Shown: in pieces, positions 28,484-40,106 of the stretch
How positions within the stretch are numbered: position 1 is the stretch's first letter
Layout: each line of letters opens with the position of its first letter
Assembly (NCBI GenBank): GCA_048772705.1
Contig: JBLWGC010000041.1
Coordinates: 1-64,000 of the forward strand
From: Leidyana gryllorum EB-2025a
Taxonomy: Eukaryota; Protista; Apicomplexa
DNA length: 64,000 nucleotides
Reading direction: 5' to 3'
Notes under the pieces: model-generated
Database searches by the model: none
What the model was told of the DNA's origin: nothing
Seen by the model: the letters and a program-made list of their open reading frames with translations, nothing else
Program-made: the position numbers and the translations under genes

Positions 28484-29491
28484 TTGAAGGTGGGGTGGAT
28501 TCTTGTGGCTGTTGTAACTTGTACGAAAAAAGAGATGACATTTGAGCTCAGGTAGGTTGGTTGGTTGGTTGATTAATCTGTGGGAGAACACAGAGAATTG
28601 CAGGATGTTGTCTGAATACAAACGCAGCCTGCCCCGCAGCAGGCCGCATCAAAAATGCTTCTCACTGAGTAGGGCACGATCGATCAAGATTGGCTTCTCG
28701 AGGGCATTTGGGGGCGAACCGCATCTCCGTGGTTGTCTACCACTTGGAAAAACTCGAAGGCTCACAGTCTTTCCACCTGGATAGAAAAACACTGGAATAC
28801 TGGATCTTCTATTCGCGGCAGTGGCTGCTGCAGGTGCGCGTCAATGAAGGGAAGCCCATGTCATCCGGGTCCCGTGCACCACTCGGGGCGGAGAGCATTC
28901 CGAGCACGTCAGGGGCCACTTTCCTACATGCTAAGTTGATCTCCGATCATCCTAGTCGTCCATCACGTGGGGTTTAGATTGTGCGCAGGCCCGCACTAAA
29001 TGTATAACTGAAGGGAGCGAGACATTCGAAGGCAAATAGGCTTCCCTCCTTTCCAGTGACTATTAGTGAAATCATCATTCTTTTGCTGTTTGGACGCGGA
29101 GCAGCCAGCCATCCTCCCTCAGGGTGTAAAGGGGTCATAGCGTCCGGAATGGTGAAGCTATACAGAGGCGCAGCGGTGTAATAGATCTCGATTATGGGTG
29201 GGGGCAGCGAGGTTAGGGAGTGATCATAGGTGCGTCGGTTGTCCAAGTAAATGTAGGTTCACCACACATCGCTACCCTCCGATGGGAGCTGAGTCACACC
29301 TCTAAGAGTCTTCTGGAAGGGATACTATTCGGGATGTTAGACAACAGCAATAAGGAGGCTGCTACGTGGATTGTCCGCTTGCTTGGTGGATATAGTGGTT
29401 GTCATGCGCTTCTTCAGGGAGTGACTGGTGATGCGGTGACCGTGAGAGTTGCTTTATAGCTCAAGCTGCTACCAAAAAGGACAGATAATCG

Positions 29492-32224
29492 TCACCAGCA
29501 TTCTGCAAGGACGCGGCCTTGAGCAATCAGGTTGCTCAGAAATTCGATGCCTTCAGGTTCGAAGGTCTTGACCAAAGCACCCCAAACCATGCCTTTCATA
29601 TTATTAGAGCCACAGAGCACGACGCAGGAGGGGTCATCGTGCTTGGTCAACATTGCCTTGCGCACAATTTGGGACTGCTCGGTCACCAGTGTGTTGACAT
29701 AGATCTTCTCACCATCAGGCGATGCACTGAAGGTCAAACGGCCGTCCCCGCTCATAGAGGCACATCGCTTGTGGGCCGGATTCCGACTGAACGCGAAGAA
29801 AGCTCCAGTCAACACCCCGTGAGTGATTGCTTCACGAATGGTGGCTTCACCGGCGAAATCGCATGGATCTGAACTACGCGCGCCGTAGATCAGGTACGTC
29901 TCAGGCATAACAACGGGAGTTCCTCCCGAGCCGTTTAGGGCAATCTTCAACCGTTGATCTAAGAAAGCCATAACGGCCGATACACCTGAACCATTGACAA
30001 CCCAAATACCCCCACGCTTCCAGGTGTCAGGCTGGAAGATAGCGTTCGCGGCGATGCCTCGAATGGGGATTGGCTCAGTGGCGCCCAGGTATCTCGCGAG
30101 CATCGAAGACACCACGCCATCGATCCGAGGATGATAGGTTCGATCCTTGAAAGATTCGCCAATTAACAAGTGGAATGTGCGGTTGAACACAGCCGAAGCG
30201 ACAGTGTACTGACGGGGAGCCAGGCGAGTGATGGATTCGAGGAGGAAGCTGAGAGGGAGGCGGAAGGCTTCTTTGTCGTGGAAGTAATACAGCACCTCGC
30301 GCAGTGTCAGAGGGGGCTGCTTGATGGCCGACCGGTACGTCTCCTCGCCGCTGGGCGCAGTGAAGAGAAGAACGCTCGGGTGTGTTGGGGGCATCGCAGG
30401 GAGGAGGGCCGACAAGAGCCACTTGAAGGTGGGAGTAACATTGAAGTTGGACAATGAGCCCACAAGCTGTCGTAGAGTGGTTCCGGAAGGAACAGTTGAA
30501 GTGGGATAGGTAAAGTTGAGACGGTGTTCGCCCAGCTGTGCTAAGGAGGTGCCCTTGTATTCAAAGAGATCGAGTAGTCTCTCCGTCTCTTCCGAGGCCA
30601 AAGTTGGATACATGCTGAAAGTCGATCCGGCGTAGAAGATCCGAGGATCCAAGTCCTTGGTGGACGAAATCTCTACACGGAACAGACGTCGGGCGGGCGG
30701 TTCCACCTCGCCCAAAACGGATACCCTTGTGATGGAAAATTGATCAGTAGGGGCGCTGAAAAGAGGTTTGACCACCGTGCTGCCCGGCACAGTTTCGCTG
30801 AATTCATAAGTAGGAAAATCTTCGGGAGAAACCACAAAGAATGGTTCTCGATCGGTAGAAGCGCCTGTTGAGCACACGGAGGGCGAATGTTTGGGACGGG
30901 CAAATAACTCTCGTACAGCCGGGTCAAAACTCTCACGCAACCAGGTTTCAAGTTGCCCGTCGAGGTCCTCGGCATCGTTTAGTTTCACTGGGGTACACAC
31001 CCGGTATGCCTTCAATGTCTTCAGTTTGCGAGTCAATTTGACCGCAAATCCACAGTAGTTCTGATAAGCTGCGTTGCCGAGACCAACTACACATGCTGGT
31101 ACTCCAAGCCACACGCCAGAGTCGTTGAGAGCCTTTGACTTCATCTCGCGCCAAAATTGTATGGCCGACTCACTCGGCTCGCCGTCACCGTAGGTCGCAA
31201 TGACGAAAATGAAGAAACAGTCCGGCCGAGGAGGATGCGACTTGTAGTACTCTATGTCCGCAACTGTCACTTCGTTAATGTTGTGTTCCCGTTGAAGATG
31301 CCTCCGCAGCTCCATCGCCGTCGCCTCGGAATTGCCGCTTTGCGTCCCGAATAGGATCACGACGGAGTTGGGTCTGGTCGTCGCTCCACTGGAGCGCCGG
31401 GTCATCGGAGAAGGGGAAAGAGAGGGAGGGTCCTCCAGCGGCAAAGCTCGTCGTGGCAAACTTGGGTCCAAAAGGGCGTTCACCAAACTACGCAGCCAAT
31501 TGTCCCGGTCACCAGCCGGGTCCACCGCCGCATCTATTGTATGCACAGGCACCACCCGTCGGCCGCCAATAGCTGCCAGCTTCGCGTCCAAGTCCCGTCC
31601 AGCTTTAGCAAATGTCGCTGGATGATTCGGTGATGCGCCCGGTGCAGCCACGCCGAATCTGAACGGCCCTAACTCGCCAGGTTGAACGCTAGATAACAGA
31701 GCGAACAATGCTTCGGCTGCAGTCGGAGGAGTTCCTCGAGTGAAAGTCGACGTCATGAACAAGTTCAAACGAGTCGCTGGCTGAGCCCAGCTCCCCGCTA
31801 TTTCAGATAACGAGGCGGCCGGAACTGTAGCCAGGTCGCTCACCGTCACCGATACTCCGAGTGCGTGCTCCAATACGTTCTGAGCTCGCGAAGCGTGCTT
31901 CATAGTCGACCCCTTGTGACTCGCCACGTAAATATGAATCTCGGTAACATCCGTTTTCGGCCCCTCGGCAGGCGCAGCTGGACTCGTTGACGCAACGGGA
32001 GGGGAACGAGTCGCTGTCGGCGTACTGACCGTACCCTCTGATGAGGCAGGCTCCGTTTCACTCGATGACGAAGTATCCGTTTGTACTGCTTTGTCCGACA
32101 TTGGTGATGGCTTGGTCACGGACGTTGCTTTTTCCTCTGTATGATCTCGTGTACTCCAGTAGACTCCAACAGCCACTCCGGCACATAGCAAAGCACCCAA
32201 CAAAACCTTCTGCAGTTCTGGCAT
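29492..32224 (-). CDS. Membrane-anchored diflavin oxidoreductase (cytochrome P450 reductase-like) with two flavodoxin domains
   Basis: N-terminal TM segment; YVASHKGST..TSTFTRGTPP; FGTQSGNSE..ATYGDGEP..GLGNAAY; RQYTVAS; GSGVSA; YGAR; LCGS; C-terminal ECW. Confidence 0.88.
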   Translation of the reverse strand: MPELQKVLLGALLCAGVAVGVYWSTRDHTEEKATSVTKPSPMSDKAVQTDTSSSSETEPASSEGTVSTPTATRSPPVASTSPAAPAEGPKTDVTEIHIYVASHKGSTMKHASRAQNVLEHALGVSVTVSDLATVPAASLSEIAGSWAQPATRLNLFMTSTFTRGTPPTAAEALFALLSSVQPGELGPFRFGVAAPGASPNHPATFAKAGRDLDAKLAAIGGRRVVPVHTIDAAVDPAGDRDNWLRSLVNALLDPSLPRRALPLEDPPSLSPSPMTRRSSGATTRPNSVVILFGTQSGNSEATAMELRRHLQREHNINEVTVADIEYYKSHPPRPDCFFIFVIATYGDGEPSESAIQFWREMKSKALNDSGVWLGVPACVVGLGNAAYQNYCGFAVKLTRKLKTLKAYRVCTPVKLNDAEDLDGQLETWLRESFDPAVRELFARPKHSPSVCSTGASTDREPFFVVSPEDFPTYEFSETVPGSTVVKPLFSAPTDQFSITRVSVLGEVEPPARRLFRVEISSTKDLDPRIFYAGSTFSMYPTLASEETERLLDLFEYKGTSLAQLGEHRLNFTYPTSTVPSGTTLRQLVGSLSNFNVTPTFKWLLSALLPAMPPTHPSVLLFTAPSGEETYRSAIKQPPLTLREVLYYFHDKEAFRLPLSFLLESITRLAPRQYTVASAVFNRTFHLLIGESFKDRTYHPRIDGVVSSMLARYLGATEPIPIRGIAANAIFQPDTWKRGGIWVVNGSGVSAVMAFLDQRLKIALNGSGGTPVVMPETYLIYGARSSDPCDFAGEATIREAITHGVLTGAFFAFSRNPAHKRCASMSGDGRLTFSASPDGEKIYVNTLVTEQSQIVRKAMLTKHDDPSCVVLCGSNNMKGMVWGALVKTFEPEGIEFLSNLIAQGRVLAECW

Positions 32225-32291
32225 CTAAAAAATATCTTCGCCGTTTGAAGGCGCGAGGCCACGAGGCCTCAAATCAAACAAATTTGTTTCC

Positions 32292-33645
32292 ATGGGTGGT
32301 GCCGAGCCCCAGCTGGACGCCGTAATCGAACAACTCAGAAGATGCGAAACTATCTCTGAGGACGATATCAAATTCCTCTGTATGCGGGCTCAGGAGCTCA
32401 TGGCAGAGGAAGCGAATGTTCAAAGAGTCGAAACCCCCGTCACTGTAAGTGTCGTTGTCTCGTAATATTAGCTCGTGAACACGGCCTTTGAACTGCTGAA
32501 TGAGTTAATTGGTCGACATATGAGTATATAGCTAATTTGCCGCAACTATCCGCGCGTGCACACACACCCGACATCCAGGGTCCGTCGCCAGTCAGTTGCG
32601 GTGAATGGCTCTTCATGCCTGAAAGTTGGGTGGTACTTGAGCAGGGCAGTTTGGAACTAAAAACGACTTGTGTCACGCAGATCTGCGGCGATATCCACGG
32701 TCAATTCTACGACCTGTTGGAGCTGTTCAAGGTCGGGGGCGAGATACCCGAGACCAATTACCTGTTTCTCGGGGACTTTGTTGATCGGGGTTACTATTCT
32801 GTAGAGACCTTCCTACTGTTGGTGGCGTACAAGATCCGGTTTCCCGATCGTATTATGTTGATCCGGGGCAACCACGAGTCACGTCAGATCACCCAAGTCT
32901 ATGGCTTCTATGATGAATGTTTGCGCAAGTACGGGAGCGCACAGGTGTGGCGACTCTGTACCGAGCTGTTTGACTATATAGCGTTGGCTGCCTTGGTGGA
33001 CGGAAAGCATTTCTGTGTGCATGGTGGGCTATCGCCCGTCATAAACACCATTGACGAGGTAAGTGGCCTCGGGTGAACGCATTTTTAGTATTGGACAGAT
33101 CCGTGCCATCGACCGTAAACAGGAGGTTCCTCACGAGGGAGCAATGTGCGACCTTCTTTGGTCCGACCCCGAAAGTGAGTTCGTATGCCAAGCCCATCTG
33201 ACGCGAGCTGCACGCGTTTGGCAGATATCGAGAAAACTGGTTGGGGTATCAGTCCGCGTGGTGCTGGATTCCTCTTCGGGAAGGATGTCGTAGATACTTT
33301 CTGTCATACCAACAGCCTGGAGCTCATAGCGCGAGCCCATCAGCTTGTCATGGATGGGTACAAATGGTGGTTCGACAATAAGTTGGTCACCGTATGGTCA
33401 GCTCCAAACTATTGTTATAGGTAAGCCAGGTCACCGATTTTGACGCAATATCCGATTCCGTGTGACGCAGGTGTGGTAATTGTGCTAGTATATTGGAGCT
33501 GGACGAGTATGGAAAGCCAGACTTCAAAACTTTCGAGGCTGCGCCAGCTGTAAGTATGTATTGGGTGGCTGTGATGATGACTTTGTATCCTCAGAATGAA
33601 CGCGGAGTTCCGGCAAAAAAGCCTATACCTGACTACTTCTTATAA
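32292..33645 (+). CDS. PPP4C: Serine/threonine phosphatase PP4 catalytic subunit (6 exons)
   Basis: [40 protein letters not shown]-terminal DYFL. Introns 32445-32680, 33059-33098, 33175-33224, 33421-33470 and 33550-33594. Confidence 0.93.
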
Positions 33646-33800
33646 GAGCCAAAATTGTTCGGAAACGATTCTCCAATTGGCGGCTGCCGAAATGCTGTCA
33701 CCTGTCAGATTTGTTCTCTGATGTCTCGAACAACGCGTTTGGGTTGAATTGGTCAATGAAGACAACTTGAGCAGGCCTGAAGTCCGGCCGCTTGAGAGCG

Positions 33801-35266
33801 TCATGCGAAAATGAGGCATACTATCAATGTCATGAAAGCTGCAACACGAAAAGCATCTCCTGTCCTCTGCCCGACACCGCTTTGGAGGCTGCGGCGCTGC
33901 TCGTCTGAGTAACCCGCTAATGTAACGGCTTTCCCGTTGCAGTCCAGCAGTTCTCCTCCACAAACCTTGGGATCTCGGACACATCGGAGCCGTTTTGTAA
34001 AGAGCGCTGTTGTCCCTCGATTTGGTGCGGACCCTTCAAGGTCATCCGGATCGAACCCAGGATCGCCGTCAAACCACCGTTGGTACTTAGAAATGGGCGC
34101 CGGGAATTGACATTGGACGTAGCCGCTCTCAAAACACTCTTCGCATGTCAAACTCTCCAGTGTTCCGCCAAGGGACAGCTCTGCCCAGAATCCACCACTT
34201 CATTTGAATCGTTTTGTATCTGTCGAATCCCTCTATATTAACTCACCGGATACGATAAGGTGCTACTCGAACATCCTGTAGTTCCGCAACTCGCGGAGTC
34301 ACTTGGCTCTGGAGTGAAGTGGTATTTGGAAACTTGAAATTCAAGCAGAAGCGACCGACGATCTGCCCTCGCCAATCCAGAGTGGTGTCTTTTGCCGCCG
34401 CCTCCAACATGTCCACAAGGTCGATGCTCAAAACACTATTCTGACCGGTATGTCGCAGAGGCAGAGTCCAACGCAAGGGTTCCGTCTTTGGGTCCATTGT
34501 ACAGATAGAATAGGGGCCTCCCTGCACCAAAGACGCTGGATATGCCATCACGCTTTGTAATTCATAATCGCTAGGGGCGGCAGGAGCAGTAGGCCATCGA
34601 TAAAACTCAATGTCCAGACTGAATGCTATCAACTCGTTCAAAAGATCGCTCACTTGGAGCTCGTAAGGATTCAGTATAATCGACAGGAAACCACCGGAGA
34701 CATTCAGTGGTAAATGGCTCACAGACTCCACCACAGACTTTGTATTCAACGGATCAAGTATCTTCTCCACTCGGAAGGTACAAGACTAACCACATTTGAA
34801 ATGCATTTCCATCCTTCCCACCCACTCACTGCATCAATTGGGGCCATACAATCCTCCAAACGCGGCTTGGTCAAAGCCCCAGTGCACGAACCAGACGAGA
34901 AGACATTAGAGCAGTGAGCGATGCACTCTCGCACGGCGGGATCGATACTTTCATCACGCTGTCGCAAAGAGTAATCCTCCACTGCCGGAGTTAAAACGGG
35001 ATACAGAGAGGGTTCCTCGTCACCGTCACCCCCACTGGGGGGTGTACTGGGTATTTCAGGACTAGGGGTGTTCGATGCATCTGTAAGCGTCGCTGACTGA
35101 CAATCGATCAGATAAAAAGCCCCCTGCTCGAAATAACTAGGAGCAGCAGTGAGTCACTTCACACCAAAGCCACCAACCGGGTATAGAATTCGCCGTACGC
35201 TTTCACAGCTGGTACATCACGCTTCTGGCCCTCGAACAAGGCTGCTAGGAAAGGGAAGAAGAGCAT
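33801..35266 (-). CDS. Putative secreted/GPI-anchored Cys-containing surface protein (multi-exon)
   Basis: Hydrophobic start MLFFPFLAALF, collinear ORFs 34982-34746, 34770-34243 and 34151-33801, hydrophobic end VAAFMTLIVCLIFA. Junctions only partly traced. Confidence 0.5.
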
Positions 35267-35343
35267 TACCTAAAAAGTACCCTTTTTGAACCCATCCAGC
35301 TATCGTTTTTGCCCAACAAGGACAGAAGGTTCCACCAGGAAGG

Positions 35344-38300
35344 ATGGCCAGTCAACTATGCCAGGCGGAAGGGAGCCTCTTGATGGCGTGGAGTCCACAC
35401 TCCATGCCCACTGACTACAGGTTCGCCTCCGGCTTGAATGCTCCTGACGCGTCTGTGCTCGCTTGTATTGGAGGAGGTGGTGGAATCGAATTCCGCGCAC
35501 TCCGGGCCAATCCAACGCCTGATGCCCACGAGCCGTACGCCCTACCAGTAAGCGGTCGCGCTTGTGTGTGTGCTACTAATATCTCCCGGTCAGATTATTT
35601 GTACCAAGCAGAAGTCGTCCGAGAAGTCGAACTTCACTGCCTTGAAATGGCAAGGTCGCCATGCCACGGAGAAGGTGGCAAATATGTACCCTTACGGTCT
35701 GGTTTTGGCTGCTCGCGAGGAAGGCGTGGACGTCATCAATCCGAAGCCAATTTTGGATGGATGTGAACAGGCTATGCGCCAGAAGGTCCAAACGCCAGTC
35801 ACAGTGGCTGCCGGTTATGGGAATATTGCACATTTGCCGTGCCGAGACGGATTGCAGACAGGGGGTGTTCAATCCGTTGACGGCGATCTGGTCGACAGTT
35901 TCCGTGTTGCCGCCGGTACATACGATGGAGTTGTACATCTGTACCAGGTCGAGAGCCAACAGAAGGAAATAACTATCAATTGCAGCGCTCCAGGAGTTTC
36001 CGCTGGTATTACTGGACTCAAGTGGCACCCTGCTACGCATAATGTATTGGCGGCGGTCACATCGGGTGGGAGCATTCATGTGTTGAACCCGAAAAGCCCT
36101 AAACCGTTGCTGACTATCACCGACCCGAACAAACGACAAAATATATCCGGTTGTTGCTGGTTGGAAGCGACACGTAATTTGGTTGTAGCGTACGACGACC
36201 CCCGCACTAGTGTGGTTCAATTATGGGATCTGCGACATACTTCCCAGCCATATCGTGAAGACGCTGCCACCCACGAGCAAGGTATCATTGGATTGGAGGT
36301 TTGCGGTCAAGACCCTCGATTCTTCACCACTGCATCGCGAGAAGGTCGAGCTGTTACATGGGCGATGAGCAATTCGAGTGTGACTCCCTACTCAGAGGTG
36401 TTGGTGACTGATCCAATTGATAGTTTCGCTGTGTCCCAATCTGGTCCAATTGCTGCCGTTTCCCTACAAAGCTCCCTGGGCAGTGTATCGGTTCATGCTC
36501 TGGACTGCACGCTTACCAAAGAGGCACCTTCGGTGAAGATGGTACCGAGCTGGATGAAGGTAAGGCGGGCAGCAATGTTCCACCTCCATCGGTTTGCAGC
36601 ATAATAGCAGTATTGATTTTGGTTTCCCGAACAAAGTGACGTGGTTCACTTCGCCTACCAATCCTGCGGCTGCAAAGGCTCTTACGGTCGCATCAGTGTG
36701 TGCTGATCAGGAGTTTGTGCTCCAGACTGAGAGGGTGAGCCAAAATTGGTAGTATTGCAGTGTCCAATGGGTTTCAACTCGGTCAGCTTCAAGCTCCCCT
36801 CGAGACTCAAGACTTTGGATCGTTCTGTGACACCCAGGGAGAGGAGAGTGCTCATGTTGATCAATATGATGCCGATGTGTGGCGTTTCCTGCGGCTGAAC
36901 TTTTATCCGGTAAGCTTTGCAACGGTTGAAAGATGACTGGATGGCCTCCGCGTAGGCTCAGGAGCGCCAAGGTCGCATACTCGAGTTGCTTGGGTACAAC
37001 CCGAACATGGTGGCGTTTGAGATCGAGCGTTTCCTGGGACACCGTGGGGGAGCAGGACTGGTTACACAAGCGAATCCCGTGTTTTCGGAGGGCGGAACCA
37101 CTCCCAAGATGGGTCAGGAGGCGGGCGGATTTGGTGACGTGCCCGTCAACCCACAGGAAACAGAAAGTTTCTTCAATCAGTTGGCACACACGACTGATGA
37201 GGAAGGAAAGAAGACTGAAGCTCAATCAGAGGCCAATACAGATACCTTCACTCAGGGAGAAAGAAGTGAGTTACAGACAATCCTTTCACTTCCAAAATCC
37301 TAAACTGTAGTGGGCAAGGGATACTATGTATCTACTGATCGTAATCAGTGGACACAAAGTCCTCTGAGTCTCGTGAGGGAAGCTTTCCTGACTGGGCAGC
37401 CACTCGCGGCAATAGAGGTGGCCCTCAAGACAAACAGATGGGCAGAAGCTCTCATTCTCGCGGCCAACTGCAACGATGCTCAGGTCATGCGAGCAGTCAC
37501 ACAAGCTTATCTGGAGTTTGCTCAGGACCCCTTCGTCATGGTGAGTCGTGGTGGTATTTGGTTCTTTTCATGGTCGTTCGTCTTGAACAGACATTGGGAA
37601 GGGCTGTGGAACAAAACTACGCGGAGATCGTTCGAGTGTGTGCACTGGACCAATGGAAGGAGGCCGCAGCTGTCCTGGCTACGTATGTGTTTGACGCAGA
37701 GTCTTGTGCCCGCCCAGACGCCCCGTTCAACGAGTTGTGCTGCTATTTGGCCAATCGGCTCCAAACGGAGGGCGGGGATCTCAGATCTGCTCTGCTGGTG
37801 TATCTGCTGGCCGGGGCCTTCAGCGAGGCGAGCTCTGTTCTTAGCAGCATGCCCTCGACACCCCGCCGGCCCGGATCCCGGGCCCTGAAACTGCTCACTA
37901 TCAGAGCCGCCAAGCCGGATGCCAAACTGACACCGAGCGGAGTGAACATTGTCACGATGTTCATTGACAGATTGGTGAACACTGGCCAGATTGCATTGGC
38001 CAATCGTGTTTTATACCTGCTGGAAGCCGGACAAGACTGTCAAGCGGCTTTCCAACTCATCAAGTTCCGTATTGGCGAAGCGAGTGGGTACACTCACCCA
38101 GGCGAGGCCATGCCATTTGAAACCTATGACATCAAACCAGCCCAACCACACATGGCTCCTCACGTGTATGGAGAACAGCAACAAGATAACCAATTCGGAG
38201 CGGCTGCGCTGCCCTCTTATGGCAATATGCAGCAGCCTAATATGCCCGGCGGGCCAATGCCGAGTGGGGGTCCCACACACTCCAATCAACCTCAGCCTTT

Positions 38301-39967
38301 CGGATTGCAATCGTCTCCTTTCGGTGGGCAGCCCTCGGCCTTCGGTGGTCAGCCGTCGAGTTTCGGAGCTGCGCCACCCACTTCTTTCGGTGCGCCCCCG
38401 CCACCCACTTCGTTCGGTGGAGCTCCACCACCCCCGTCCAGTTTTGGTGCTCCACCTGCCCCACCGTCTAACATGGGAGCTCCCCCTCAGCCACCTGCCT
38501 TTGGTGGTCCGCCAGCCCCCCCTTCCAGCTACGGAGCCCCCCAGCAGCCCCCTGCGTTTGGCGCTCAGCCGTCTCAACCCGGAGCTTTTGGTGCGTCCAA
38601 CATGGGACCGACATCTTTCGGCGCCCCTCCCCCCCCTCCTTCGAGTTTCGGTGGCCCGTCGTCTCCTCCCACTACGTTTGGCGCTCCACCGCCCCCGTCG
38701 AGCTTCGGCGGCGCTCCCCCGCCCCCGTCGAGCTCCTTCGGTGCGCCTCCACCGCCCCACTCGAGCTTCGGCGGCGCCCAACAGCCGCCCGGTGGCAGTA
38801 ACAATGCTGGGCTGGGAGCGACTGGGTTGGGTCCCACTGCCCCGATGGGGTTCTCGAATGCTTCGCCGAGCCCTTTTGGGATGGCGGGGCCGACAGCGGC
38901 ACCCCCTCCACCACCATCGAACAATCCCCCGGGTGTATTTGGAGCCCAGCCGGGATCGTCGAATGGGACCGGGTTCGGAGCTCCAGCGCCGCCGCCGCCG
39001 CCACCGCCAACTGGGACTTTTGGCGGGAACGCGCCACCACAAGCTCCTTCGCTCGGTACCTTTACCGGTGGACCCGCAAGTTCTGGATTTGGAGCACCGC
39101 CGGGGGGGTCGAGTAACTCGGGGCCGGTTCCAGCCTATGGTTCGAGGCCCGGCTCGTCGCCGTTCGGGCCGTCGAACCCGCAGCAGCAGCAACACCAGCA
39201 GCAGCAGCCGCCTCCTCAAGGGTCGTCCACAGGGTTTGGTGGCCCGCGGCCCCCGATGAATAAGTTTGGTGGTGCGGCACCGTCGCCCCCTCAACCGTTC
39301 GGGTTCCAGAAGACTCCCTTCGGGACGCCGGCGACCAACACAAGTGGGCCACAGCAACCTGAGTTCTCCTCTCGTTACAGCACCCATCCAGCGGCTGGGG
39401 TTGCCAACCTCACAACCGGCTTGCCAACTCCGTGGCCAATTCCGACTGAAACTCAGCAGCGGCGATCAACGACTGCGACTACGGAGCACATGAATCAACA
39501 AGTGCAACAGGCATCACAACCGACAGGTACTTTCTGAGGTCTGAGAAAGGTGTTGGGTCCATAATGTGATTAGGTGCCCCTTGTCCGCCTGGCGATCTCA
39601 ACAAGATACAGTCGGCACTGAAACAGCTTCTCGATGCGCGAGCACGGTCGGGCGAGTCACAGAAGCGAGTTGAGGACTTTAATGCGAGCTTCAAAGATCT
39701 GACGTCTCAGGTAGGTTACGTCTGCGGTGAAGTCTGGACGACAAGTCAACACCCTTTCAGCTTCAACAAGGTCAAATCGCGGCTGACGTGCAAGCCAAGT
39801 TGATAGAGTTCTGCACGGCTATCCAGAGATCGGACTGGGTTGGAGCGATGCGGCTACAACAGGAGGTGTCTAAAGTGGGCTGGAACAAGAATACCAAGCA
39901 ATGGATAGTGTCGTTGAAACGACTATTGCAGCCTCCCGCTGTTCAGGGTGCGCAGCCCGCATACTAA
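35344..39967 (+). CDS. SEC31: COPII outer-coat protein Sec31 (multi-exon)
   Basis: WD40 with AWSP and YDDPRTSVVQLWDLR, PSWMK..FGFPNK, LLGY, WAEALILA, WKEAAAVL, long Pro/Gly-rich region, C-terminal helical domain ..WIVSLKRLL. Confidence 0.92.
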
Positions 39968-40106
39968 GGGGAAATCAATCTCACGGGCCATGTTCATTGC
40001 TCTCTATAACTTCAATCTTGTGTGCAGCTTTTCTACTCTGATGTCGTGCGGCAGCATTCCTGGTCATAGAGAAGGGAGATGTCGGGTGGTGTGAAGAATG
40101 TTCGAC

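Noticed and set aside
28965-28980. GGGGTTTAG as a telomeric repeat or telomerase template
   Set aside because: Single partial copy, expected by chance.
37991-39387. 422-aa and 458-aa Arg-rich ORFs overlapping SEC31
   Set aside because: Alternative-frame and antisense shadows of the Pro/Gly-rich coding repeat.
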